Shown here piece after piece: positions 8,242 to 18,237 of a DNA stretch of 60,712 bases. Both the position numbers and the translations under genes were made by a program. The DNA is from a bacterium. GTDB taxonomy: Bacteria > Bacteroidota > Ignavibacteria > UBA10030. The notes below the pieces were generated by a model. The model was not told the DNA's origin. It did not search any database and worked only from the letters and a program-made list of their open reading frames with translations. The DNA lies in the NCBI GenBank assembly GCA_043803945.1, contig JAZDJN010000085.1, positions 1-60,712 of the forward strand, written 5' to 3'. Positions within the stretch are counted from its first letter, which is position 1. Each line of letters begins with the position of its first letter.

Positions 8242-8886
8242 TTACAAAATAATTCCTGAAGCATCGCGTGTTAAACCTGCCGCATTGGCTTCGTCTGTAT
8301 CGATGTGCATTTCACGAAGGGCGTTTTCACCGATTCGAACCACAACCTGGTCAAAAGTAACACCCATGGCGCCTTCAGTTCTCACGCTAATGGTCTGACC
8401 TTGTTCAAGCCCTAACTGTTGGGCGTCCTGCTTGCTCATATGGACATGCCGAAGAGCGCGGATGGTTCCCTCCTTGAGGTGCAGAATGCCTTTTGGCCCG
8501 ACAATGATGATGGGTGCAGTATCTTTGATATTGCCCGAAATTCTTGCCGGAAGTTGCATACCGAGATAACGGCCATCGCTAAAAGTGAGCTCCACCTGCG
8601 TGGCTTTTCGTGCCGGTCCGAGGATGCGTACCTGCTCGAACACTTTTCTATTTGTCCCAATAACGGAAATAGTTTCATTGGAAGCGAACTCTCCGGGCTG
8701 CATCAGGTCGCGATATTTTGTCAATTGTGCTCCCCTGCCAAAGAGGGTTTCAAGATCTTCCTGTGTGATATGAAGGTGTCGAGCAGAAATATTCATGGGA
8801 ACTCTGCGGGAGGAATCCGTTATGGTCATCGATTCCACCACCTGCCTCACAAGACGTTCAACCTCAGAACGGAGATTATCGGTCAT
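8242..8886 (-). CDS. pduL: Phosphate propanoyltransferase PduL with N-terminal encapsulation peptide
   Basis: SARHLH, QPGEFA, VRILGP.R..TQVE, RHVHM, MHIDTDEANA; start ATG 8886 with VERLVRQVVESM. Confidence 0.93.
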   Translation of the reverse strand: MTDNLRSEVERLVRQVVESMTITDSSRRVPMNISARHLHITQEDLETLFGRGAQLTKYRDLMQPGEFASNETISVIGTNRKVFEQVRILGPARKATQVELTFSDGRYLGMQLPARISGNIKDTAPIIIVGPKGILHLKEGTIRALRHVHMSKQDAQQLGLEQGQTISVRTEGAMGVTFDQVVVRIGENALREMHIDTDEANAAGLTRDASGIIL

Positions 8887-9175
8887 GGTTCGGCAACCTC
8901 GTGGTGCGGTGATCGATCTGATCGACAATCGCAAGAATGATGCTTCGGAGCGGCTGGCGGGTCTTAAATTCCAGGATCTCCTGCGCGGCACGGCCTTCGG
9001 ATGATACAAGGACGATATCCCCTTCACCGGCTCCGACCGTATCGACGGCAATCATCGTCCCGCTCTTCACGGTGCCATCGGGATAAATCGGACGTACAAG
9101 GAATACTGTCTTTCCATTATAGGCATCGTGTTTTGATGACGACGTGATGCTTCCAACGATTTTTCCAAGCAGCAT
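8876..9175 (-). CDS. BMC-P pentamer (EutN/CcmL family)
   Basis: G.IVG..T..K, AVDTVGAGEGD.VLV, ILAIVD. Confidence 0.93.
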   Translation of the reverse strand: MLLGKIVGSITSSSKHDAYNGKTVFLVRPIYPDGTVKSGTMIAVDTVGAGEGDIVLVSSEGRAAQEILEFKTRQPLRSIILAIVDQIDHRTTRLPNHDR

Positions 9176-9177
9176 AG

Positions 9178-9453
9178 CTATCCTTTCTTCGCCAGATTGA
9201 TTGAGTCGACTATGCCGACAATGGTAACATCGCTTGGAATTTGGCGGTCGTTGAATGCAAACGTTGCTTCCGCTCCGCTTACCCAGTAGATAATATCGCC
9301 TTCCCCTGAGCCAACGGTATCTACAGCAACAAGCTCCCCGCCGAGGGGTTTCTGATCTTCATCTATCGGTTGTATAAGATAGAGCGTTGTGCTTTGCAGC
9401 CTTGGATCTTTTTTTGTAGCCCAGACTTTTCCGGTTACACGTCCCAGTTTCAT
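9178..9453 (-). CDS. BMC-P pentamer (EutN/CcmL family)
   Basis: GRVTGKVWATKK, AVDTVGSGEGD, PSDVTIVGIVD. Confidence 0.93.
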   Translation of the reverse strand: MKLGRVTGKVWATKKDPRLQSTTLYLIQPIDEDQKPLGGELVAVDTVGSGEGDIIYWVSGAEATFAFNDRQIPSDVTIVGIVDSINLAKKG

Positions 9454-9462
9454 AGTTCAAGT

Positions 9463-9765
9463 CTACTTTGTTGATGAATTTTTCTTATAGACTAATTTGC
9501 CGCCTTGTTCAACGGCATCCACGATGGCGATGATGCTGGAGTCGGTAGGGACATTGGTGAGTTGGTCGGCTTGACGCGCAGAGCTGCCGCGCACTACTAT
9601 GACAATTTCACCTTCACCGGCACCGACAGAATCGACTGCGACGAGGTAGTTGTTCGATGGTTTGAGATCCGGGGCGATAAGATTAACAAGGAGAAGCTTA
9701 AATCCCTGCAAACGGTCTGTTTTTGCTGTGGCGACAACCGTTCCTTCGACGCGTGCAAGTTCCAT
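9463..9765 (-). CDS. BMC-P pentamer (EutN/CcmL family)
   Basis: ARVEGTVVATAK, AVDSVGAGEGE, GSSAR, PTDSSIIAIVD; start ATG 9765. Confidence 0.95.
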   Translation of the reverse strand: MELARVEGTVVATAKTDRLQGFKLLLVNLIAPDLKPSNNYLVAVDSVGAGEGEIVIVVRGSSARQADQLTNVPTDSSIIAIVDAVEQGGKLVYKKNSSTK

Positions 9766-9794
9766 GGTACGTTCCTTTCGTTGGAGATGCAAAA

Positions 9795-9823
9795 AAGCTA
9801 CAAAAGGGGAGAGTTAAATGCAA
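9795..9823 (-). promoter_or_regulatory. Candidate sigma70-type promoter of the BMC operon
   Basis: Minus strand TTGCAT-N17-TAGCTT, ~30 nt upstream of the first BMC-P start. Confidence 0.4.
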
Positions 9824-10024
9824 GGATTGTTCTTGAGACAGATTCCCTTAGAGAAACAGGAGTCTGGCACTTACTGGGAAAAATAATGAGAATATTGCTT
9901 TTACTCCTTCGTTTTCATTTGTAAATTCGACTGGGCTGGATCGACAAATTTCTGCTGCGGTCGGTCCAACCATCACTCACCAACGAGTATCATCTCGTAG
10001 AATATCATTATGCGGGGTAGCACC

Positions 10025-10981
10025 ATGAAAAAATTTCTCGTGTCACTCGGAATCCTGCTCTTCTCTCTTTCTGTCTTCCAGAACGGGGCCATGAGTCAAT
10101 CAAAGATAAAGATTGCCGTGATTCCGAAAGGAACGACACATATTTTCTGGAAATCTGTTGAAGCGGGTGCGCGACAGGCGGGCAAGGAGTTTAATATCGA
10201 AATTGTCTGGAAAGGTCCTCTCAAAGAAAACGATCGGGCCCAACAAATTACGATCGTCGAGCAGTTCGTGAGCGAAGGTATTTCGGCTATAGTGCTTGCA
10301 CCGCTGGATAACATTGCTTTGCAGCGGCCTGTCGCAGCGGCAGCCAGGAAGAAAATTCCGGTGGTAATCTTTGATAGCGGACTCAAAGGTGAACCGGGCA
10401 AGGATTATCTCAGTTTTGTTGCAACGAATAATACAAAGGGGGGAACGCTTGGCGGTGAGTATCTCAGTAAACTTCTCGGCGGAAAAGGAAAAGTTGTGCT
10501 GCTTCGGTACCAGGTCGGATCGGCCAGCACAATGGAGCGTGAAGATGGTTTCCTGAAGGCAATGGGAGCGAGCAAGGAGCTTAAGGTCATCGTCGATAAT
10601 CGCTTTGCAGGTCCGACAGTTGGCGATGCAAAGACGGCAAGCATGAATATGGTGGATAAACTCAAGGAGGCGAATGGCATCTTCTGCCCAAATGAATCAT
10701 CCACTTTTGGTATGTTGCTGGCACTGAAGCAAAACAACCTTGCCGGGAAGGTGAAATTTGTCGGATTCGATACGTCGCCCCCGCTCATTGAGGCACTGCA
10801 GAAAGGGGAGATTGATGCGCTCGTTGCACAGGATCCGACGAAGATGGGATATGATGCTGTGAAAACCGTCGTATCTCATCTGAATGGTAAACCGGTTGAG
10901 AAAGTGATCGATACCGGTGTCCGCCTTATTACGAAGGAAAATTTGAACACACCGGAAATAAAGAAACTCATCGGTGGATAG
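10025..10981 (+). CDS. Sugar ABC transporter substrate-binding protein (RbsB-like)
   Basis: Signal peptide; IAVIPKGTTH.FW, VATNN, VGFD, QDP..MGY. Confidence 0.9.
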   Translation: MKKFLVSLGILLFSLSVFQNGAMSQSKIKIAVIPKGTTHIFWKSVEAGARQAGKEFNIEIVWKGPLKENDRAQQITIVEQFVSEGISAIVLAPLDNIALQRPVAAAARKKIPVVIFDSGLKGEPGKDYLSFVATNNTKGGTLGGEYLSKLLGGKGKVVLLRYQVGSASTMEREDGFLKAMGASKELKVIVDNRFAGPTVGDAKTASMNMVDKLKEANGIFCPNESSTFGMLLALKQNNLAGKVKFVGFDTSPPLIEALQKGEIDALVAQDPTKMGYDAVKTVVSHLNGKPVEKVIDTGVRLITKENLNTPEIKKLIGG

Positions 10982-11032
10982 ATCAGGGATATCTCAGGTT
11001 GAATATGTTTAGCACTGCGAGGAGAATACAAA

Positions 11033-12247
11033 ATGAAATCATTCATTCTTTTACTACTGGTTCTTATTGTGAGTGTTAAGACGACACTGGCGCAATCAGC
11101 GCCGACATTCGGCGGCGATGTTGAGTTCCTCAAGAAGCATGTTCCAACAATTGTTTTAACAGATAAATCGGGGAACCGCCAGGTCGTTGTTGTTCCCAGT
11201 TATCAGGGCAGGGTTATGACAAGTACTGCCGGCGGTGAGAAGGGTCTCAGCTTCGGCTGGGTGAATCGCGAGTTGATCTCATCTGGAAAATTTGTACAGC
11301 ATATTAATGTGTTCGGTGGTGAAGATCGTTTCTGGCTCGGACCGGAGGGGGGACAGTATTCGATCTTCTTTAAGAAGGGCGATTCGTTCGATCTGGATCA
11401 TTGGTTCACGCCGTCGTGGATTGATACAGAGCCGTACGATGTGGTGAGCAAGAGCGAAGGGCAAGTCCAGTTCAAAAAGAAATTTCAACTCACAAATTTT
11501 TCCGGTGCACAGCTCGATGTTGAAGTGAACCGTGGAATCAAACTTCTCAGTGATGCGGAGATGCAAAAAGAACTTGGATTGAAGATTGGAGCGGGAATAC
11601 AATCGGTTGCTTTCGAGACGGTGAATGAAATCACGAACGTTGGAAAAGAACCGTGGAAAAAAGAAACCGGGCTCCTTTCGATCTGGATTCTGGGAATGTT
11701 CAATGCATCGCCGGCCACGACAGTGGCAATTCCGTATGTGAGAGGAGATGAAAAACAACTTGGTCCGGTTGTGAATGACACCTACTTTGGCAAGGTTCCG
11801 GCGGAGCGGCTTGTTGTGCGTGACGGAATCATGTACTTTGCTGCAGACGCAAAGTACCGGAGCAAGATCGGAATCTCTCCAAAGCGGTCAAAGCCGATTA
11901 TTGGGAGCTACGATGTGACGAACAAAGTCCTGACCCTGGTGCAATTCACTCTTCCAAAGGGTGTAACAGACTATGTCAATTCGATGTGGGAAATCCAGAA
12001 GCAGCCTTACGGCGGCGATGTTGTCAATAGTTATAACGATGGCCCCTCAAAGCCGGGGGCAAAGCAGCTCGGTCAATTCTATGAGCTTGAAACTTCTTCG
12101 CCTGCATTAGCATTGGCACCGAAGAAGTCCGCCCGTCATGTTCATCGAACGTTCCACTTCCAGGGTTCTGAATCAGAACTCGATGCACTGGCCAGGGCAA
12201 CGCTGGGTGTAGGGATCGGAGAGATAGCAAAGGCGTTGAAAAAGTAA
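11033..12247 (+). CDS. Secreted protein, DUF6786-like
   Basis: Signal peptide; YQGRVMTS, FGGEDRFWLGPEGGQ, NSYNDGP, FYELETSSPA recalled from this family. Confidence 0.7.
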   Translation: MKSFILLLLVLIVSVKTTLAQSAPTFGGDVEFLKKHVPTIVLTDKSGNRQVVVVPSYQGRVMTSTAGGEKGLSFGWVNRELISSGKFVQHINVFGGEDRFWLGPEGGQYSIFFKKGDSFDLDHWFTPSWIDTEPYDVVSKSEGQVQFKKKFQLTNFSGAQLDVEVNRGIKLLSDAEMQKELGLKIGAGIQSVAFETVNEITNVGKEPWKKETGLLSIWILGMFNASPATTVAIPYVRGDEKQLGPVVNDTYFGKVPAERLVVRDGIMYFAADAKYRSKIGISPKRSKPIIGSYDVTNKVLTLVQFTLPKGVTDYVNSMWEIQKQPYGGDVVNSYNDGPSKPGAKQLGQFYELETSSPALALAPKKSARHVHRTFHFQGSESELDALARATLGVGIGEIAKALKK

Positions 12248-12343
12248 GGTGAGATGGTACGGTCCAAGGTTTCCTTGTGTAGTTACTATGATATGTGCCG
12301 CGATCATAAGAATAAAAATTCCAACTGACAAACCTCGAATGCT

Positions 12344-13285
12344 ATGAAGACAATCTTGCGTAAGCTTGGGCCCCTTGTTGGGCTATTCTTTGTCTTCGCT
12401 CTTTTTGCATTCTTGCGCCCCGAAAAATTTCCCACTGCCGGTAATCTCCAATTAATGATGCTGCAAACAGCCGTCGTAGGAACAGCCGCCCTGGGCATGA
12501 CCATGATCATCATAAGCGGCGGCATTGATCTTTCCGTAGGTTCACAAATTGCGCTGAGTACTGTTGTTATTGCCCTGCTCTTGAATGCCGATGCCGGCCC
12601 GCTCCTTGCCGCCTTTGGCGGTGTGGCAGCGGGGATGCTGTGCGGATTGCTTATCGGGACGCTCGTGACGCGGTTGAAGCTGCCTCCTTTCATCGTTACA
12701 CTTGGTATGTGGGGTGCCCTGCGAGGGGCGGCAAAAGGCCTTGCCAATGAACAAATGATCGTCACACCAACAACATGGCTGAATCAATTACTCAATACGT
12801 TGACGGATGAACAACAATGGATGCTTCTTCCTCCCGGAGTTTGGATGATGTTGATACTTGCCGTCGTTGTTGCGGTTGTGCTGAGGTCGATGCGCCGCGG
12901 TCGCTACATGGTGGCGGTGGGCTCGAATGAACTTGCCGCACGGGTAAGCGGGGTGCCGGTTGAATCAACGAAGATTCTGGTCTATATCCTGGGCGCTGGT
13001 TTTGCTGCACTCGCCGGAGTACTTCAGTTTTCCTATCTCACCGTTGGCGATCCAACAACAGCCGCAGGCATGGAGCTTGATATCATTGCAGCAGTCGTGA
13101 TTGGCGGCGCCAGTCTTTCTGGCGGAGAAGGGAGTGTCCTGGGCAGTCTCGTTGGAGCGCTTATCATGACTGTTGTCAGTAACGGATGCACAAAAATGGA
13201 ATTCCCGAACTGGGTCCAGGAAATTGTCACCGGTGGTATCATCCTGGTGGCTGTTGCGTTAGATCGATTACGACATCGGAAATAA
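12344..13285 (+). CDS. Sugar ABC transporter permease (RbsC-like)
   Basis: [47 protein letters not shown]. Confidence 0.93.
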   Translation: MKTILRKLGPLVGLFFVFALFAFLRPEKFPTAGNLQLMMLQTAVVGTAALGMTMIIISGGIDLSVGSQIALSTVVIALLLNADAGPLLAAFGGVAAGMLCGLLIGTLVTRLKLPPFIVTLGMWGALRGAAKGLANEQMIVTPTTWLNQLLNTLTDEQQWMLLPPGVWMMLILAVVVAVVLRSMRRGRYMVAVGSNELAARVSGVPVESTKILVYILGAGFAALAGVLQFSYLTVGDPTTAAGMELDIIAAVVIGGASLSGGEGSVLGSLVGALIMTVVSNGCTKMEFPNWVQEIVTGGIILVAVALDRLRHRK

Positions 13286-13304
13286 GACAAGAAAGGAACC
13301 TTCC

Positions 13305-13541
13305 ATGCTTGTTTCAACCACATCAGTTCTCGATGGAAAGAAAGTTGTTAACTACCTCGGTATCGTCACGGGTGAGGCGATTCTGGGGGCAAATATCTTC
13401 AGAGATTTTTTCGCGAGCATCACCGATATTGTCGGCGGGCGATCTGCAGCCTACGAGGAAGAACTTCGAAAAGCGAAAGATATCGCTCTGGAAGAGATGA
13501 TCCGCGATGCGAAAGCAAGAGGCGCAAATGCGGTGGAATAA
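13305..13541 (+). pseudogene. ybjQ: YbjQ (UPF0145) family protein, C-terminally truncated
   Basis: [15 protein letters not shown]...DIVGGRS..YE..L...GANAV then stop at 78 aa; family members are ~105 aa and no continuation is visible downstream. Confidence 0.8.
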
Positions 13542-13681
13542 AATTCTGTGGTCATGCAAGTTGCTTAAGTGATTACGCCACTGGCTTCACGATTTTTTCG
13601 ATGCTCTCTTCAATTCATTCTAGGCAGAATACTGTATTCTGCATTTCTCTTCCGTACACGCTGCAATTTTTGGAGTATAAC

Positions 13682-15691
13682 ATGATCAACAGATTAATGA
13701 TATCACTAGAATTGATTGCCCTTCTTTCCGTTACCCCTGGATTTGCTCAAACGCTCTGGCTCGATGAACTTGACCTCTCGACAATGGCCCAAAGCTGGGG
13801 TTCACCGCAGGTAAAGAAAAGTGTCGATGGCAATCCATTGACTGTTGCCGGACAACACTACGTCCGAGGTGTTGGAACACATGCCATTAGTACACTCTTA
13901 CTGAAACTTGATGGAAAAGCGAAGCGGTTTTCTGCCATGGTTGGTGTTGATGATGAGGCAAACAAGGATGGCACAATAAACTTTTTTGTTATCGGCGATA
14001 AGAAAATCCTCTGGGAAAGCGGCAAGATGAGAAAAGGGGATGTTGCGAAGAAGGTAGATGTTGATCTTGTTTCCGTAAAAAAGCTTGGGCTGCTTGTGAC
14101 CGATGCAGATGATGGGATTAATTATGATCATGCTGACTGGTGCGACGCAAAACTTGAATTGAATTCACCGGTGAAGCTGAAGGATATCGTCGACGCTCCC
14201 GTGAAGATTGACAAGAGACCGTATATCCTGACACCAAAAGAATCGCCAAAGCCCCGCATCAACGGTGCAAAAGTGTTTGGCGCTCGCCCGGGAAATCCCT
14301 TCCTCTATAGCATCCCTGCTTCAGGAAATCGGCCGATGGAATTTAAAACATCGGGATTGCCCGAAGGTTTGTCGTTGGATCCGAAAACAGGAAGTATCAC
14401 CGGCACAGTGGAAAAGAAGGGTGAATACAGTGTTATGCTTCACGCTGCGAACAGCCTTGGAACATCTTCACGTTCATTGAAGATCGTCATCGGAGATCAC
14501 ATTGCACTCACACCGCCGATGGGCTGGAATAGCTGGAATTGCTGGGCAGGCGCAGTCTCCGATGAAAAGGTTCGCACTTCAGCCGATGCGATGGTCACAA
14601 GCGGACTGATTAATCATGGCTGGTCCTTTATCAACATCGACGACTGCTGGGAGATCAAACCGAAATCCAATGACCCCATGCTCAGCGGTGAACCACGCGT
14701 TGCTAAAGGGTTCATCAACACAAATAAAAAATTTCCCGATATGAAAAAGCTAGCCGATTATGTTCATGGCCTCGGTTTGAAAATCGGAATTTACTCTTCA
14801 CCGGGTCCACTCACCTGCGCTGGATTTACTGCAAGCTACCAATTCGAGGAGCAGGATGCGCAGCGTTATGCAGAATGGGGAATCGATTACTTGAAATACG
14901 ATTGGTGTTCGTACAGCCAGGTTGCTCCAAAGAATCTCACCCGCGAAGATTATAAAAAGCCCTACGTTGTTATGCGTGTCGCCCTGGACAAAGTGAAACG
15001 TGATATTGTCTATAGCCTTTGCCAGTATGGAATGGATAAGGTCTGGGAATGGGGCTCGGAAGTCGGTGGTAATTGCTGGCGGACAACCGGAGATATTACC
15101 GATACATGGTCGAGTATGTCTGAGATTGGATTTGCACAGGCGGATCACGCCCCATACGGCGGACCCGGTCACTGGAACGATCCCGATATGCTGGTTGTAG
15201 GCCTTGTCGGCTGGGGCCCGCAGCTTCGTCCTTCGCGTCTCACACCGGATGAACAGTACACCCATATCAGCTTATGGAGCTTGCTCGCCTCTCCGCTTTT
15301 GATCGGATGCGACCTCGCGCGTCTCGATGAATTCACAAAGAATCTCCTGATGAACGATGAAATCATCGAGGTAAATCAAGACCCGCTCGGAAAACAGGCA
15401 AAGCAGATTTTCAATAAAAACGCCCGCCAAATCTGGGTGAAGGAGATGGAGAATGGATCGAAGACCATAGGCTTTTTCTATGCAGACCGCGGAAAAGGTA
15501 ATCCGGTCGACTACCTCAATTGGGATGCCGCAAAGAGTGTTAAGATTGCGTTGAAGGGCTCGGATATTGGAATTCAGGGATCATTTAAGGTGCGCGACCT
15601 CTGGCGTCAAAAGAACCTGGGATCATTCAAGAATGAATTCACTGCAGAAGTCCCGTACCATGGCGTGGTTTTAGTGAACGTGACACAGTGA
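13682..15691 (+). CDS. GH27 alpha-galactosidase with NPCBM and Ig-like domains
   Basis: Signal peptide; RGVGTHA (NPCBM); GLPEGLSLDPKTG.ITG; TPPMGWNSWN, IDDCW, YLKYDWC, WRTTGDI, WNDPDML. Confidence 0.92.
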   Translation: MINRLMISLELIALLSVTPGFAQTLWLDELDLSTMAQSWGSPQVKKSVDGNPLTVAGQHYVRGVGTHAISTLLLKLDGKAKRFSAMVGVDDEANKDGTINFFVIGDKKILWESGKMRKGDVAKKVDVDLVSVKKLGLLVTDADDGINYDHADWCDAKLELNSPVKLKDIVDAPVKIDKRPYILTPKESPKPRINGAKVFGARPGNPFLYSIPASGNRPMEFKTSGLPEGLSLDPKTGSITGTVEKKGEYSVMLHAANSLGTSSRSLKIVIGDHIALTPPMGWNSWNCWAGAVSDEKVRTSADAMVTSGLINHGWSFINIDDCWEIKPKSNDPMLSGEPRVAKGFINTNKKFPDMKKLADYVHGLGLKIGIYSSPGPLTCAGFTASYQFEEQDAQRYAEWGIDYLKYDWCSYSQVAPKNLTREDYKKPYVVMRVALDKVKRDIVYSLCQYGMDKVWEWGSEVGGNCWRTTGDITDTWSSMSEIGFAQADHAPYGGPGHWNDPDMLVVGLVGWGPQLRPSRLTPDEQYTHISLWSLLASPLLIGCDLARLDEFTKNLLMNDEIIEVNQDPLGKQAKQIFNKNARQIWVKEMENGSKTIGFFYADRGKGNPVDYLNWDAAKSVKIALKGSDIGIQGSFKVRDLWRQKNLGSFKNEFTAEVPYHGVVLVNVTQ

Positions 15692-15906
15692 GAACGTTTA
15701 TGGGATGATGCAAAGATCAAAATGTATAATGCAAAATGACAGTGTAAAAATATAAGTATAATTTGGTAAATACCGGCTCACCTGAATATAATGTCATGAT
15801 GATCATAATCAGACCCAATTGATATTTTTATTATTCAATGATGTTACGCAGGAAGAAGAACCTGCATGATTGAAGGGATTAATCTTGTTTTTGACCTCCC
15901 CTTTTT

Positions 15907-16106
15907 GGGGCCGACTAAAAGAAAAAACCAGGACGTCACGAACCCCCGCCTGCCATAATAGTTTCAGATGAGGCGGGCAGGACTTCGTGACGCAAGATGC
16001 GGAAAACATTCAGATTTCATGTGTCACGGTGTGCCCGCCTGCCCCTTTAGATCAAATATGTCGGGCAGGGACCGTGACACCCTTGGCGTACTTTATGGTC
16101 GGCGCC
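15907..16106. repeat. Nested miniature inverted-repeat element
   Basis: Outer arms GGGGCCGACTAAAAG / CTTTATGGTCGGCGCC; two inner hairpins each holding CCCGCCTGCC-N16/17-G(G/T)CGGGCAGG. Confidence 0.7.
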
Positions 16107-16212
16107 ATATGGAGAGGTTGGAGTTTGTTTATAAAAACCCATTTTCATTTTTGATTCTTGATTTCTGATTTTCTATAGAGCCGGTGCAATTACTGAAAAG
16201 GAAAAACATACA

Positions 16213-17136
16213 ATGACCGAACAATTGAAAGGTGTTTTTTCAATTCTACCGACACCCTTTACTGCAAATGGAGAGATTGATGTACCGAGCCTCAAACGAG
16301 TCATTGATCTCTACATACGAGTTGGTGTGAACGGCCTTACGGCATGCGGTGTGATGAGCGAGGCGGCCCGAATGAGTGAATCGGAACGGCTCCTTGTGAT
16401 GGAAACCGTGATGCAGTATGTGAATAATCGGGTTCCAGTAGTTATTGGCACATCAACGGATGGCCTGCAAACCTGTATAGAACTCTCAAAAAAATCGAAG
16501 AGCCTCGGGGCAGCGGCAGTCATGATCAGTCCGCCCCGTTTGCCAAAGCTTAACTCTGCGGCAGTTATCAAGCATTTTGCCGGTGTTGCACAGGCGGTGG
16601 ATATTTCACTCATCATCCAGGATTTTCCACCGATCTCAGGCTTTACTATGGAGCCGTCACTTCTTGTGAACATTGCCCGTGAAGTTCCGGCGGCAAGAAC
16701 CATCAAGCTCGAAGATCCGCCAACGCCGTTCAAGACTGCGCGCGTTCTTGAGCTGGCTGAAGGAATGCCAGTGAAAATCTTTGGCGGTTTGGGTGGGACC
16801 TATCTCATTGAAGAATTGATGGCAGGAGCCACCGGTGCGATGACTGGATTTGCTGTACCGGAAATTCTAGTGAAGGTGGTTGCATTATTCCATTCCGGAC
16901 AACGATCTGAAGCGGCTGCACTCTTCTATCGGAATGTTGCTTTGATGCGATTCGAGTTTCAGGAAAGTATCGGCATGGTGATTCGTAAAGAGATGCTTAA
17001 GCGGCGTAAGGCGATTGCGTGCGAAATGACACGTGCACCCGGCGCTGCACTCGATCGATCCACACGGGAAGCGCTCGATTCATTACTCACATGGTTCTTA
17101 CAACAGAATGCGGAGTTACAATGGACCTTGGACTAA
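16213..17136 (+). CDS. DHDPS/N-acetylneuraminate-lyase family class I aldolase
   Basis: PTPF...GEID, G..SEA, RVPVVIG, IIQD, IKLED (Schiff-base Lys), GATGAMTG. Confidence 0.85.
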   Translation: MTEQLKGVFSILPTPFTANGEIDVPSLKRVIDLYIRVGVNGLTACGVMSEAARMSESERLLVMETVMQYVNNRVPVVIGTSTDGLQTCIELSKKSKSLGAAAVMISPPRLPKLNSAAVIKHFAGVAQAVDISLIIQDFPPISGFTMEPSLLVNIAREVPAARTIKLEDPPTPFKTARVLELAEGMPVKIFGGLGGTYLIEELMAGATGAMTGFAVPEILVKVVALFHSGQRSEAAALFYRNVALMRFEFQESIGMVIRKEMLKRRKAIACEMTRAPGAALDRSTREALDSLLTWFLQQNAELQWTLD

Positions 17137-17912
17137 GTGGTAAAGTTGCGATGGTAGCCGGTGCCAGCAAAGGGCTTGGTTTTGCAGTTGCGCGAACGTT
17201 GGCAATGGAGGGTGCTATAGTGTCAATGGTTTCCCGCGACGCCGATGCGATAGCATCTGCACGGGATAAGATTCTCAGGGAAACAACAGCTTCCATCCTT
17301 GCTCTCCCGGTCGATGTACGCTTTCCCCAGGCCATTGAAGAGTGGAGAGAAAAAACTCTAAAAGAGTTTGGGAGAATCGATATGCTGTTTGCCAACTCCG
17401 GCGGGCCACCGGCAGGCGGTTTCCTGGCCTTCGATGATCCGGCTTGGCAGAATGCCGTTGATCTGTTGCTGCTGAGTTCGGTCCGTATGGCGCGTGCCGT
17501 GATCCCCGCGATGAAGCAGCAAGGGGGAGGAAGTATCGTCTTCTCCACCTCTTCTTCTGTCAAAGAACCGATAGAAAACCTCACACTCTCGAATGTCGTT
17601 CGCGCCGCCATTCCTGCATTGGCAAAGACACTTGCCAGGGAGTTCGCTTCGTCCAATATTCGTGTGAACAATTTGATCCCCGGCCGTATCGATACCGATC
17701 GTGTTCGCGAGCTTGATACCATCAACGCCCAGAAGAAGGGAATCACCGCCGAAGAACAAAAGAAGGTGATGTCTGCGGCAATCCCAATGGGGCGGTACGG
17801 TGAGGCCGATGAATTTGCACGCGCTGTGGTTTTTATCATGTCTCCCGCTGCATCCTATATCACCGGTGCCACATTGCAGGTGGATGGGGGTGTGGCGAAA
17901 AGTGTGATGTAG
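17121..17912 (+). CDS. SDR-family oxidoreductase
   Basis: GASKGLG, NSGGP, SNVVR (atypical catalytic motif), PGRIDTDR, YITG..LQVDGG; start ATG 17121. Confidence 0.9.
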   Translation: MDLGLSGKVAMVAGASKGLGFAVARTLAMEGAIVSMVSRDADAIASARDKILRETTASILALPVDVRFPQAIEEWREKTLKEFGRIDMLFANSGGPPAGGFLAFDDPAWQNAVDLLLLSSVRMARAVIPAMKQQGGGSIVFSTSSSVKEPIENLTLSNVVRAAIPALAKTLAREFASSNIRVNNLIPGRIDTDRVRELDTINAQKKGITAEEQKKVMSAAIPMGRYGEADEFARAVVFIMSPAASYITGATLQVDGGVAKSVM

Positions 17913-17959
17913 GAAGTATAAAGCAGTAAGAGTAGAGTAGTAAGAAATCACAAGGCTAA

Positions 17960-17981
17960 CCCGAAGGCGTCCCGCCGAGGG
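17960..17981. repeat. Short palindromic element, same family as 836-857
   Basis: CCCGAAGGCGTCCCGCCGAGGG. Confidence 0.6.
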
Positions 17982-18237
17982 CAGGTGAATATTATCATCG
18001 ATTTGCGTATGAGCCAGATGTATGTTCTATCGGAATCTCCTTCACTTGGTGATCGTTAGGATGGCCGATTCCCAAGTGGCTGCATCCGTGGATAAAATGA
18101 AAAAATACGTAGAGAAGATTTTCACCGATTGCACACCAATCTCAGTCAACTTCAATGGTATGAAATTGACTGAGAGCATCTGAAAGACGGAACGGACAGC
18201 TACTGCGAATGAGAGGAATGAGAAAAGGGATAGTGAG

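Noticed and set aside
18022-18183. 53-aa plus-strand ORF between the SDR and proline dehydrogenase
   Set aside because: No clear RBS or recognisable motif; cannot be supported
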